Below are positions 8,328 to 16,553 of a stretch of 64,000 nucleotides of DNA, piece by piece; position 1 is the first letter of the stretch, and every line of letters begins with the position of its first letter. A model generated the notes under the pieces. The model saw only the letters and a list, made by a program, of their open reading frames with translations, was not told where the DNA came from and made no database searches. Origin of the DNA: Eubacteriales bacterium. GTDB taxonomy: Bacteria > Bacillota > Clostridia > Oscillospirales > CAG-272. Position numbers and translations under genes: made by a program. The stretch is from contig JAZNCH010000062.1 of NCBI GenBank assembly GCA_045587445.1, positions 26,715 through 90,714 on the forward strand. The letters are read 5' to 3'.

Positions 8328-8499
8328 TGAAATCGTTCGCTAACGCTTACGGTGAAATCCTCACTTCGTTCGGATGAAATCTTCGGCTTTGCCTCAGATG
8401 AAATTAAATCCGCCTTGTATATCCCGACGAAGTCGGATTTCATCGCGAAGCGATTTCATCCCACGTAAGTGGGATTTATTCCGCCATCGGCGGATTTAG
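8328..8499. repeat. Two-armed array of ~17-22-nt units carrying TGAAAT(C/T) (left arm) and GATTT(C/A)(A/T) (right arm)
   Basis: Left-arm words are at 8328, 8353, 8375 and 8399. Right-arm words are at 8436, 8452, 8473 and 8493. Each right-arm word is preceded by a mini-hairpin: CCGACgaaGTCGG 8424-8436, CGCgaaGCG 8444-8452, CCCACgtaaGTGGG 8460-8473 and CCGCCatcGGCGG 8481-8493. Confidence 0.7.
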
Positions 8500-8502
8500 C
8501 TG

Positions 8503-8536
8503 AAAAAAGCCACTCGCTTACGCGAATGGCTTTTTT
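8503..8536 (-). terminator. Terminator of tRNA-Trp (bidirectional)
   Basis: Stem GCCACTCGC (8509-8517) / GCGAATGGC (8522-8530), flanked by an A-run at 8503-8508 and a T-run at 8531-8536. Confidence 0.75.
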
Positions 8537-8538
8537 CT

Positions 8539-8614
8539 TGGCAGGGGCGAAAGGACTCGAACCCTTGACATGCGGTTTTGGAGACCGCCGTTCTACCAAC
8601 TGAACTACACCCCT
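8539..8614 (-). tRNA. tRNA-Trp (anticodon CCA), CCA end encoded
   Basis: The reverse complement is AGGGGTGTAGTTCAGTTGGTAGAACGGCGGTCTCCAAAACCGCATGTCAAGGGTTCGAGTCCTTTCGCCCCTGCCA, with anticodon loop CTCCAAA. Confidence 0.93.
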
Positions 8615-8634
8615 ATTATTTTTTTGACCTAAGC

Positions 8635-8663
8635 ATTATATCATATTATTTTTTAAATTGCAA
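8635..8663 (-). promoter_or_regulatory. Sigma-70 promoter of tRNA-Trp
   Basis: The minus strand reads TTGCAA (8663-8658), a 17-nt spacer, then TATAAT (8640-8635). This lies about 20 nt upstream of the tRNA 5' end. Confidence 0.65.
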
Positions 8664-8919
8664 TACCTTTTTTAATATTTGTTGTTTTTCTCAATCTTTT
8701 TTATCTATTCTTTTAATTAATATTATTGATATGTATATACCAAAAATCTTTTCTGTTTGGTGCTGTCATTTCTATTCGTTTTCTCTCCAAAATATGCCTA
8801 AAATCTATAAAATTTCCGAATTTTATTATAAAAATATCTTTACTTTTTGTGAAAAAGGTGTTACAATTACATGGAATGGGTAAAATTAAATTTAATATAT
8901 ATATTTAGGAGGAAATACC

Positions 8920-11900
8920 ATGGCAAGAAAAAAGATTTCTATGGACGGTAACACTGCCGCCGCGCACGTGTCTTATGCTTTTACTGAAGTTGCGTCCATA
9001 TATCCTATTACACCTTCCAGCGTTATGGCTGAACTTACAGACAGCTGGTCTGCGACAGGTCTCAAGAACATTTTCGGAGATAACGTTAGAGTTATGGAAA
9101 TGCAATCTGAGGCGGGTGCAGCAGGTACAGTTCACGGTTCTTTGGCTGCCGGCGCTCTTACTACAACTTATACTGCATCTCAGGGTCTTCTTTTGATGAT
9201 TCCTAATATGTACAAAATTGCGGGTGAGCTTCTCCCCTGCGTTATTCATGTTTCAGCTCGTTGCGTTGCTTCGCACGCTCTCAACATCTTCGGCGACCAC
9301 TCCGACGTTATGGCGTGCCGTCAGACAGGCTTCGCTATGATGGCAGGTTCTAACCCTCAGGAAGTTATGGACCTTGGTGCTGTTTGCCACCTTTCTACAA
9401 TCAAGGGCAGAGTTCCTTTCGTTAACTTCTTCGACGGCTTTAGAACTTCTCACGAAATTCAGAAAATCGAAGTTTGGGATTACGATGAACTCAAGAGCAT
9501 GATCGACACTGATGCTGTTGCTGCTTTCCGCGCTCGCGCTATCAACCCCGAACACCCCGCTCTTCGTGGTTCTGCTGAAAACGGCGATATTTTCTTCCAG
9601 CATAGAGAAGCATGTAACAAGTATTACGATGCTCTTCCTGCTATTGTTGAAGAATATATGGACAAGGTTAACGAAAAGATAGGTACAGATTACAAACTTT
9701 TCAACTACTACGGTGCGCCCGATGCAGAAAGAGTTATCATCGCTATGGGCTCTATCTGTGACGTTGCTGAAGAAGTTATCGACTTTCTTAACGCTACAGG
9801 CGAAAAGGTTGGTCTCGTTAAAGTTCGTCTTTACAGACCTTTCGTTTCTGCTAAACTTGCTGAAGCACTTCCTAAGACAGTTAAGAAGATTGCTGTTCTT
9901 GACAGAACAAAGGAACCCGGTTCTCTCGGCGAACCTCTCTACCTCGACGTTGTAGCAGCTCTTGCAAAAGAAGGCGTTAAAGCTGAAATCGTTGGCGGAC
10001 GTTACGGTCTCGGCTCTAAGGATACTCCTCCTCAGAGCGTATTCGCAGTATACGAAAACCTCAAAGCTGACGCTCCTAAGAACAACTTTACAATCGGTAT
10101 CGTAGACGACGTTACCAACCTCTCTCTCGAAGAAAAAGACGCTCCCGACACTGCTCCTAAGGGTACAGTTGCTTGTAAGTTCTGGGGTCTCGGCGGCGAC
10201 GGTACTGTTGGTGCCAACAAGAACTCCATTAAGATTATCGGGGACCATACCGACAAATATATTCAGGCATACTTCCAGTATGACAGTAAGAAGACCGGTG
10301 GTATCACAATTTCTCACCTCCGTTTTGGCGATCAGCCCATTAAGTCTTCCTACTACATCAACAAGGCTGACTTCGTTGCTTGTCACAACTCTGCATACCT
10401 CAAGAAGTACGATATGATTTCCGACGTTAAGCCCGGCGGAACATTCCTCCTTGACTGTGCTTGGTCTGTTGACGAACTCGATGCAAAGCTTCCCGGTAAG
10501 GTTAAGGCTTACATCGCAAACAACAATATTAAGTTCATTATCATTGATGCTACCACAATCGCTACAAAGCAGATCGGTAACGCAAAGGTTAAGAATACTG
10601 TACTTCAGTCTGCATTCTTCGCACTTGCAAACATTCTTCCTAAGGATGAAGCGATCGGTTATATGAAGAAAGCTGCTGAAAAATCATATCTCAAGAAGGG
10701 GCGCGCAATCGTTGATCTCAACTGGGCTGCTATTGATGCAGGTGCTGACGCTTACACTGTAGTTGACGTTCCTGCTGAATGGAAGAACTGCACAGAAGAT
10801 GCTCCCGCAACTGAATTCAAGAGTGGCAGAGCTGACCTCGACAAATTCGTTAACACTGTAGTTGCTCCTACAAACGCTATGGCAGGAGACAAGCTCCCTG
10901 TTTCTGCATTCTCCGATTACGTAGACGGTACGTTCCCTCAGGGTTCTGCTGCTTCCGAAAAGAGAGGCGTTGCAGTTAGCGTTCCTACATGGATTCCTGA
11001 AAACTGTATCCAGTGTAACAACTGTGCATTTGTATGTCCTCACGCAGCTATCCGTCCCTTTGCTATGACGGCTGAAGAAGCAGCTAACGCTCCTGCAGCT
11101 ACTAAGTTCACAGCAAAGCCTGTAATCAAGACAGATTACAAGTTCTCTATGGCAATTTCTCCTGCAGACTGTATGGGTTGTACACTCTGCGTTAAGGCTT
11201 GTCCCGTAACCGCAAAGGCTATTAAGGACGGCACAGATAAGAAGGCTATCGAAATGGTTCCCGCAGCTACTCAGGCTGACCAGCAGGCTCCTTGGGATTA
11301 CGCTGTTGCAAACGTATCCGAAAAGACCGAGCTTATTAACACAACAGTTAAGGGCAGCCAGTTCAAGCAGCCCCTCCTCGAATTCTCCGGTTCTTGCGCA
11401 GGTTGTGCAGAAACCTCTTACGCTCGTCTTATCACACAGTTGTTCGGTGAAAGAATGTACATCTCTAACGCAACAGGTTGTTCTTCTATCTGGGGCGGTT
11501 CTGCACCTGCAACTCCTTACACAGTAAATAAAGAATCCGGACGCGGTCCCGGTTGGGCAAACTCTTTGTTCGAGGACAACGCTGAGCACGGTCTCGGTAT
11601 GTACCTCGGTCAGAAGACTATCCGTGACAGACTTATCGGTTACGTAGAAGCTCTCAGAGAAGAAGTTAAGGACGAAGAAAAGCTCGCTATTATCGACAAG
11701 TACCTCGCTACTAAGGACAGCAGCAAGGATAACGAAGAACCCACAAAGGCTCTCGTTGCAATGCTCGAAGCTTGTCCTTGCGAAAGCGAACTCAAGACTA
11801 AGATTCTTGCAGAAAAGACATACCTCTCCAAGAAGTCCGTATGGATCTTCGGTGGTGACGGTTGGGCATACGACATCGGCTTCGGTGGTCTTGACCACGT

Positions 11901-12492
11901 AATCGCTTCCGGTGAAGACGTAAACATCATGGTATTCGATACCGAAGTTTACTCCAACACAGGTGGTCAGGCTTCTAAGGCTTCTCAGATTGGTCAGGTT
12001 GCACAGTTCGCTGCTGCAGGTAAGGCTATCGGTAAGAAAGACCTCGCTCAGATCGCTATGTCTTACGGTTACGTATACGTAGCACAGATCGCTATGGGTG
12101 CTGATATGAACCAGACTCTCAAGGCTCTTGCAGAAGCTGAAGCATATCCCGGTCCTTCTATTGTAATCGGTTACGCTCCTTGTGAAATGCACGGAATTAA
12201 GGGCACAATGGCTAACTGTCAGGTTGAAATGAAGCGTGCAGTTGATGCAGGTTACTGGCAGATGTTCCGTTACAATCCTGCTCTCAAGGCTGAAGGAAAG
12301 AATCCTTTGACAATTGACAGCAAGGAACCCACAGCTGACTACAAAGAGTTCATTACAAGTGAAACTCGTTACAGCCGTCTTGCTCAGCAGTTCCCCGAAA
12401 GAGCAGAAGAGCTCTTCGCTAACGCTGAAGTTAAGGCTAAGGAAAAGTACGAACACTTGAAGAAACTCGCTGAAGTTTACGGCAATAACTAA
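8920..12492 (+). CDS. nifJ: Pyruvate:ferredoxin (flavodoxin) oxidoreductase
   Basis: 1190 aa, typical of single-chain PFOR. It has two ferredoxin-type CxxCxxCxxxCP motifs (CIQCNNCAFVCP, CMGCTLCVKACP), the TPP motif GGDGWAYDIGFGGLDH and an AGGAGG RBS. Confidence 0.97.
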   Translation: MARKKISMDGNTAAAHVSYAFTEVASIYPITPSSVMAELTDSWSATGLKNIFGDNVRVMEMQSEAGAAGTVHGSLAAGALTTTYTASQGLLLMIPNMYKIAGELLPCVIHVSARCVASHALNIFGDHSDVMACRQTGFAMMAGSNPQEVMDLGAVCHLSTIKGRVPFVNFFDGFRTSHEIQKIEVWDYDELKSMIDTDAVAAFRARAINPEHPALRGSAENGDIFFQHREACNKYYDALPAIVEEYMDKVNEKIGTDYKLFNYYGAPDAERVIIAMGSICDVAEEVIDFLNATGEKVGLVKVRLYRPFVSAKLAEALPKTVKKIAVLDRTKEPGSLGEPLYLDVVAALAKEGVKAEIVGGRYGLGSKDTPPQSVFAVYENLKADAPKNNFTIGIVDDVTNLSLEEKDAPDTAPKGTVACKFWGLGGDGTVGANKNSIKIIGDHTDKYIQAYFQYDSKKTGGITISHLRFGDQPIKSSYYINKADFVACHNSAYLKKYDMISDVKPGGTFLLDCAWSVDELDAKLPGKVKAYIANNNIKFIIIDATTIATKQIGNAKVKNTVLQSAFFALANILPKDEAIGYMKKAAEKSYLKKGRAIVDLNWAAIDAGADAYTVVDVPAEWKNCTEDAPATEFKSGRADLDKFVNTVVAPTNAMAGDKLPVSAFSDYVDGTFPQGSAASEKRGVAVSVPTWIPENCIQCNNCAFVCPHAAIRPFAMTAEEAANAPAATKFTAKPVIKTDYKFSMAISPADCMGCTLCVKACPVTAKAIKDGTDKKAIEMVPAATQADQQAPWDYAVANVSEKTELINTTVKGSQFKQPLLEFSGSCAGCAETSYARLITQLFGERMYISNATGCSSIWGGSAPATPYTVNKESGRGPGWANSLFEDNAEHGLGMYLGQKTIRDRLIGYVEALREEVKDEEKLAIIDKYLATKDSSKDNEEPTKALVAMLEACPCESELKTKILAEKTYLSKKSVWIFGGDGWAYDIGFGGLDHVIASGEDVNIMVFDTEVYSNTGGQASKASQIGQVAQFAAAGKAIGKKDLAQIAMSYGYVYVAQIAMGADMNQTLKALAEAEAYPGPSIVIGYAPCEMHGIKGTMANCQVEMKRAVDAGYWQMFRYNPALKAEGKNPLTIDSKEPTADYKEFITSETRYSRLAQQFPERAEELFANAEVKAKEKYEHLKKLAEVYGNN

Positions 12493-12506
12493 TATCATAT
12501 AAAAAG

Positions 12507-12534
12507 CTGCTCCGAGAAATCGGAGCAGTTTTTT
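12507..12534 (+). terminator. Rho-independent terminator after nifJ
   Basis: Stem CTGCTCCG (12507-12514) / CGGAGCAG (12521-12528), then TTTTTT. Confidence 0.85.
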
Positions 12535-12565
12535 GACTTTTGTTTGTGTTATTTTAAATATTTTA

Positions 12566-13009
12566 TTATTTTCTATTGTTTTTTCCGGTGTTTTTTGATA
12601 CCATAACAATAATGAGAATAATAATTGCAACGGCTATTAAGACAGCAATTACAACACCCATAAAGCTGTTGCCCTCTGTGTCGTCGATTGCATTGTCAAC
12701 GTCGTCTTTCATATCGCCCAATGCACCCGTAACGTCATCAACAGCTTCACTTGCTTTGTCTAAAGCATCGTCAACAACGCCTGTTTGTTTTTGTGTCTCT
12801 TCCGGAATAGTGCCCGTATCGTTGGCGGTTCCCGAGGTTGCATCACGTCTGTTTGCCGAGTTATCTCGTCTGTCTACAGAGTTGTCAGGGATGTTTGCCG
12901 AAAAGTTTGTCGGGTCATCTATTAAAGCCGAAGCGTTTATTGCCAATGTTGCTAATATTGTTAAAGTGAACACCAAAGTTAAGAGCTTTAAAAATTTTTG
13001 TTTTTTCAT
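12566..13009 (-). CDS. Small secreted/membrane-anchored acidic low-complexity protein
   Basis: It has a signal peptide (MKKQKFLKLLTLVFTLTILATLAINASA), a D/N/T-rich middle and a C-terminal TM helix plus basic tail. I do not recognise the family. Confidence 0.6.
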   Translation of the reverse strand: MKKQKFLKLLTLVFTLTILATLAINASALIDDPTNFSANIPDNSVDRRDNSANRRDATSGTANDTGTIPEETQKQTGVVDDALDKASEAVDDVTGALGDMKDDVDNAIDDTEGNSFMGVVIAVLIAVAIIILIIVMVSKNTGKNNRK

Positions 13010-13098
13010 AATTTTACCCTTTCTTGATTTTGGTATATGCTTATTATGCTCAAAAGTATTTGATGTATGTTTGGAAAAAACAGTTTGGAGATAGTTTT

Positions 13099-13425
13099 AT
13101 GGAAAAGAAAATTTTTACAAAAAATGATAACGGGTTTATTTGCAAAAATTGCGGATTTGAGGTTCAGCCGCTTGGATATTCGTCAAGAAACCATTGCCCG
13201 AATTGTCTTCATTCGTTGCACGTTGATATTAACCCCGGAGACAGAGCGAATGAGTGCGGCGGTATTATGGAACCCATAACAGCTGAAGTTGATTCGAAAA
13301 AAGGTTATATTATTATTCATAAATGCAAAAAATGCGGGGCTATTTCCCGTAACCGTTCGGCACACCTTGCAAAAGTTCAGCCTGATGATATAAAGAAGCT
13401 TATTGCTTTAACGGCGAAGCATTGA
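13099..13425 (+). CDS. RNHCP domain-containing zinc-ribbon protein
   Basis: MEKKIFTKNDNGFICKNCGFEVQPLGYSSRNHCPNCLHSLHVD...HKCKKCG contains a literal RNHCP motif and four CxxC pairs. I chose the start after the GGAGAT RBS; the ORF-track start at 13024 has no RBS. Confidence 0.8.
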   Translation: MEKKIFTKNDNGFICKNCGFEVQPLGYSSRNHCPNCLHSLHVDINPGDRANECGGIMEPITAEVDSKKGYIIIHKCKKCGAISRNRSAHLAKVQPDDIKKLIALTAKH

Positions 13426-13430
13426 ATGTG

Positions 13431-13795
13431 TTAAAAAGGGGAGAAGCCTTTTGAAAAAGGCTCCTCCCCTTTAAATCCCCACCGCGAAAACTTTAAAAAG
13501 GGCAGCCATTGGCTGCCCAAAATAATTATATATCGCCAGTTTTTATTTATAAAAAAAAGTTTGTTTTTTCGGAAGCACCAAGGCGCTCCCCTACGATATA
13601 GAGATAAAGTCTGTGCAAATGATAGATAGTGGTACAAACCAGAGAGGCAAGGTTTCTTTGCCTGTATTCGATCCTCAAAAGAAAGTAGTTTTTTTATAAT
13701 AGCACTAATACATAACAGAGGCAGAAACCAAGAGAGGTAAAGTTCTTTGCCTACTTTCTTTCAAGAAAGTAGGGATTTCCTTAAAAGAAAGTAAG
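13431..13795. repeat. Composite array of hairpin modules (dispersed intergenic repeat family)
   Basis: Hairpins lie at 13435-13472, 13500-13518, 13571-13590, 13645-13663, 13733-13752 and 13752-13773. The modules recur at five other loci (see findings). No credible ORF. Confidence 0.8.
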
Positions 13796-15478
13796 TTATT
13801 TTTGCTCATCAAGCCATTTTTCTGTTGCTAAAGCTATAGCCTTTAATGCACCGTCTTCAAAAGGTGTTTTTATGTCTGCCACCTCGCAAAGCTCAACAAA
13901 GGTCTTTTTGCCGCCCTCGTTTACGAATTTCATATATCTTTCCCAAGCGTCTTTATAGTCGTTCATCATTATATTTCTAAAGGTCAATGCCGCCGTTTGT
14001 GCAAGGCAATAGTCAATATAATAGAAAGGATAATGATAGATATGGAGCTGTCTCTGCCAACCTCTGCCGTCGCCGTAGAAGGGAATACCCGTCATATCTA
14101 TATAGGGGCGATAGGTTCTTTCGAGCTTCGCCCATGCTTCGTGTCTCTGCTGGGGGGTAAGGTCGGGGTTATCGTAGACAATATGTTGGAATTCGTCAAC
14201 AATACAGCCGTACGGAATAAATATCAATGCACCTTTAAGGTGTGTTAATTTTGCTCTCTTCGTATCATCTTTATAGAAAAGTTTGAGCCAGGGCCAAGCA
14301 AAGAACTCCATAGACATAGAGTGAGTTTCGCATGATTCCATAGTAGGATTTTTGTTTGCTTCAATTTCAAAGTTTCTTACTGTATAATCTGCAAATGCGT
14401 GTCCCGCTTCGTGAGTAAGAACCTCTACGTCTCCTGCAGTTCCGTTAAAGTTTGAGAAAATAAAGGGAGCTTTATATTCGGGGAAGGTTATGCAATATCC
14501 ACCGACAGCTTTTCCTTTTTTAGCCTTTACGTCGAGAAGCTCGTTATCATACATAAAGTTGATAAACTCATTAGCCTCGGGAGACATTTCTTCGTACATC
14601 TTCTTTCCGGCGGCGAGTATATCCTCGGGGGTGCCGACGGGTTTAGGGTTACCGTCGAGGTAGAAGGTTGTATCGTCATACAGTTTCAGGTTATCAACAT
14701 TAATGTTGTCAGCTTGTTCTTTCTTTATTTTTGCAACAACGGGAACAAGGTCGTTCTTTACCTGTTCTCTGAATTTCTTTACCATTTCGGGTGTATAGCA
14801 GTTACGTGTACGTCTGAGGTATGCAAGTTCTGTAAAGGTATTGAATCCGAGTTTTTTTGCGATTTCGGTACGAACTTTAACAAGGTTATCGAAAATTGTG
14901 TCAAGCTCTTCTGCGTGGCTCATATAGAAGTTGCCTTCGGATTCAAATGCTTGTTTTCTCGTTTCTCTGTCGCTGTCTTCTTTATATACGCCGAGCTGGG
15001 ATATGTTTAACTTTTCGCCTCTGAAATCAATCTGTGCCGATGCTACTAATTTTTGATAGTCGCTGACAAGCTTATTTTCTTTTTGTAGTAAGGGAATAAT
15101 CTTGGGCGAGAAGCATTTTAGCTCCATTTCAAGATTTTTGAACATAAGACTGCCGTACTTTTTTTCTACGGCTGACTTATAGGGCGATGCCATAAGTGCC
15201 AACATAAATTCGGTACTCTTTTCCTGCAGTACGGGTCCGTTTTCGTCGTAATAGTCGTTTTCTTTATCGTAAAATTTATCTTCTGTGTTAATGCTGTGTC
15301 TGACGTAGGCAAGGTTTGCCATAGTTGCAAAGTGAGAACTTATTTCTTCTTGCTCGAGTAGGGTTGAGAATACCTCTTCTTCATTTTTTGCATTTTTTAT
15401 TTTTTCGGTAAGCTTTTCAAAGGTTTTACCGATTTGCACGGCGTCTGCACGCTTGTACTCCATATCACTAAATTTCAT
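13796..15478 (-). CDS. pepF: M3B-family oligoendopeptidase F
   Basis: It carries the zinc motif HEAGHAF and a PepF-like N-terminal region. I chose the start at MKFSDMEYKR after the GGGGGT RBS. Confidence 0.9.
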   Translation of the reverse strand: MKFSDMEYKRADAVQIGKTFEKLTEKIKNAKNEEEVFSTLLEQEEISSHFATMANLAYVRHSINTEDKFYDKENDYYDENGPVLQEKSTEFMLALMASPYKSAVEKKYGSLMFKNLEMELKCFSPKIIPLLQKENKLVSDYQKLVASAQIDFRGEKLNISQLGVYKEDSDRETRKQAFESEGNFYMSHAEELDTIFDNLVKVRTEIAKKLGFNTFTELAYLRRTRNCYTPEMVKKFREQVKNDLVPVVAKIKKEQADNINVDNLKLYDDTTFYLDGNPKPVGTPEDILAAGKKMYEEMSPEANEFINFMYDNELLDVKAKKGKAVGGYCITFPEYKAPFIFSNFNGTAGDVEVLTHEAGHAFADYTVRNFEIEANKNPTMESCETHSMSMEFFAWPWLKLFYKDDTKRAKLTHLKGALIFIPYGCIVDEFQHIVYDNPDLTPQQRHEAWAKLERTYRPYIDMTGIPFYGDGRGWQRQLHIYHYPFYYIDYCLAQTAALTFRNIMMNDYKDAWERYMKFVNEGGKKTFVELCEVADIKTPFEDGALKAIALATEKWLDEQK

Positions 15479-15599
15479 AAAATACCCCCTATTGCAGATA
15501 ATATAGATAACATTGGTATAAATTATACCATCAATTCGTAAAATACGCAATAAATTATAAACTTTTTTAGAGAAAAAGCCCAATTTTTTGAAAAAATAT

Positions 15600-15628
15600 T
15601 TGACAAAAGGAAAGAAACAATGTACAAT
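15600..15628 (+). promoter_or_regulatory. Sigma-70 promoter of the transketolase operon
   Basis: TTGACA (15600-15605), a 17-nt spacer, then TACAAT (15623-15628). Confidence 0.65.
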
Positions 15629-15697
15629 AATAAGAGTTAGAAAGTTTTAAAAAAATAACTATAAATCAAAGTATTATTTGCTTTAGGAGGAACACTG

Positions 15698-16525
15698 ATG
15701 GAACAGGCAAAAATTGCTGAATTGCAAAAAAAAGCTATAGAAATTAGGCTTGATATTCTCGAAGAGGTTTTTAGCGCTTCTTCAGGCCATCCCGGCGGCT
15801 CTATGTCAATCGCCGAGATTCTCACATACCTCTATTTCGTAGAGATGAAGGTTGATCCCAAGAATCCCAAGTGGGAAGAAAGAGACCGTTTCGTACTCTC
15901 AAAGGGACATTGTGCTCCCGGTCTTTACGCGGTCCTCGCAGAAAAGGGATTCTTCCCTAAGGAAGACCTCAAAACATTCAGAAGAGTTGACAGCTATTTG
16001 CAGGGACATCCCGATATGAAGGGCGTTCCCGGTGTTGATATGTCTTCGGGTTCATTGGGACTCGGTATATCCACCGCTTGCGGTATGGCTCTTTCGGGTA
16101 AGATTTACAATAAAGATTATCGCGTATATTCCGTACTCGGCGACGGTGAAATTGCAGAAGGTCAGGTTTGGGAAGCTGCTATGTTTGCTGCTCACTATAA
16201 GCTCGACAACCTCTGCGCTTTCGTTGACTTTAATGGACTTCAGATTGACGGTGCTATTACAGATGTTATGAATTCTACGCCTATTGACGAAAAGTTCAAG
16301 GCGTTCGGCTGGAACGTAATCGTTATCGACGGCCACGACTTTAACCAGATCGAAAAAGCTGTTGAAGAAGCAAAAGCTACAAAGGGTCAGCCCACCATGG
16401 TTGTATGTAAGACAACTAAGGGTAAAGGCGTTTCCTTTATGGAAAATCAGGCAGGCTGGCACGGTAAGGCCCCCAATGCCGAAGAATACGAAAAGGCAGC
16501 AGCAGAGCTTAAGGCTCAGCTCTAA
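15698..16525 (+). CDS. Transketolase, N-terminal (TPP-binding) subunit
   Basis: SSGHPGGSMSIAEIL, LSKGHCAP and GSLGLGIS...GDGEIAEGQVWEA are typical of split transketolase. Confidence 0.93.
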   Translation: MEQAKIAELQKKAIEIRLDILEEVFSASSGHPGGSMSIAEILTYLYFVEMKVDPKNPKWEERDRFVLSKGHCAPGLYAVLAEKGFFPKEDLKTFRRVDSYLQGHPDMKGVPGVDMSSGSLGLGISTACGMALSGKIYNKDYRVYSVLGDGEIAEGQVWEAAMFAAHYKLDNLCAFVDFNGLQIDGAITDVMNSTPIDEKFKAFGWNVIVIDGHDFNQIEKAVEEAKATKGQPTMVVCKTTKGKGVSFMENQAGWHGKAPNAEEYEKAAAELKAQL

Positions 16526-16553
16526 TCTAAAAAATTGTATAGGAGTAATTAAC

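Noticed and set aside
480-8700. tRNA-adjacent genomic island or prophage
   Set aside because: tRNA genes are common integration sites. However, no integrase, excisionase, phage or conjugation gene and no duplicated tRNA 3' end (att repeat) is visible near either tRNA locus.
9253-12630. Long antisense ORFs inside nifJ (9253-10386, 377 aa; 10684-12630, 648 aa)
   Set aside because: They lie entirely opposite a highly conserved 1190-aa PFOR gene. Their translations are Ser/Cys/Val/Phe-rich with no recognisable motifs or RBS. They are typical shadow ORFs caused by the codon bias of the sense strand.
12576-13094. 172-aa ORF antisense to the acidic membrane-protein gene
   Set aside because: It is the mirror image of a low-complexity gene. 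The minus-strand product has a proper signal peptide, TM anchor and upstream purine-rich RBS, whereas the plus-strand ORF has none.
13431-13637. ORFs predicted inside the repeat arrays (13431-13637, 19831-20106, 21521-21781, 28759-29013, 56681-57111)
   Set aside because: They are composed of palindromic modules, have no RBS and have implausible composition. The same DNA occurs in both orientations at other loci, which is incompatible with conserved coding.
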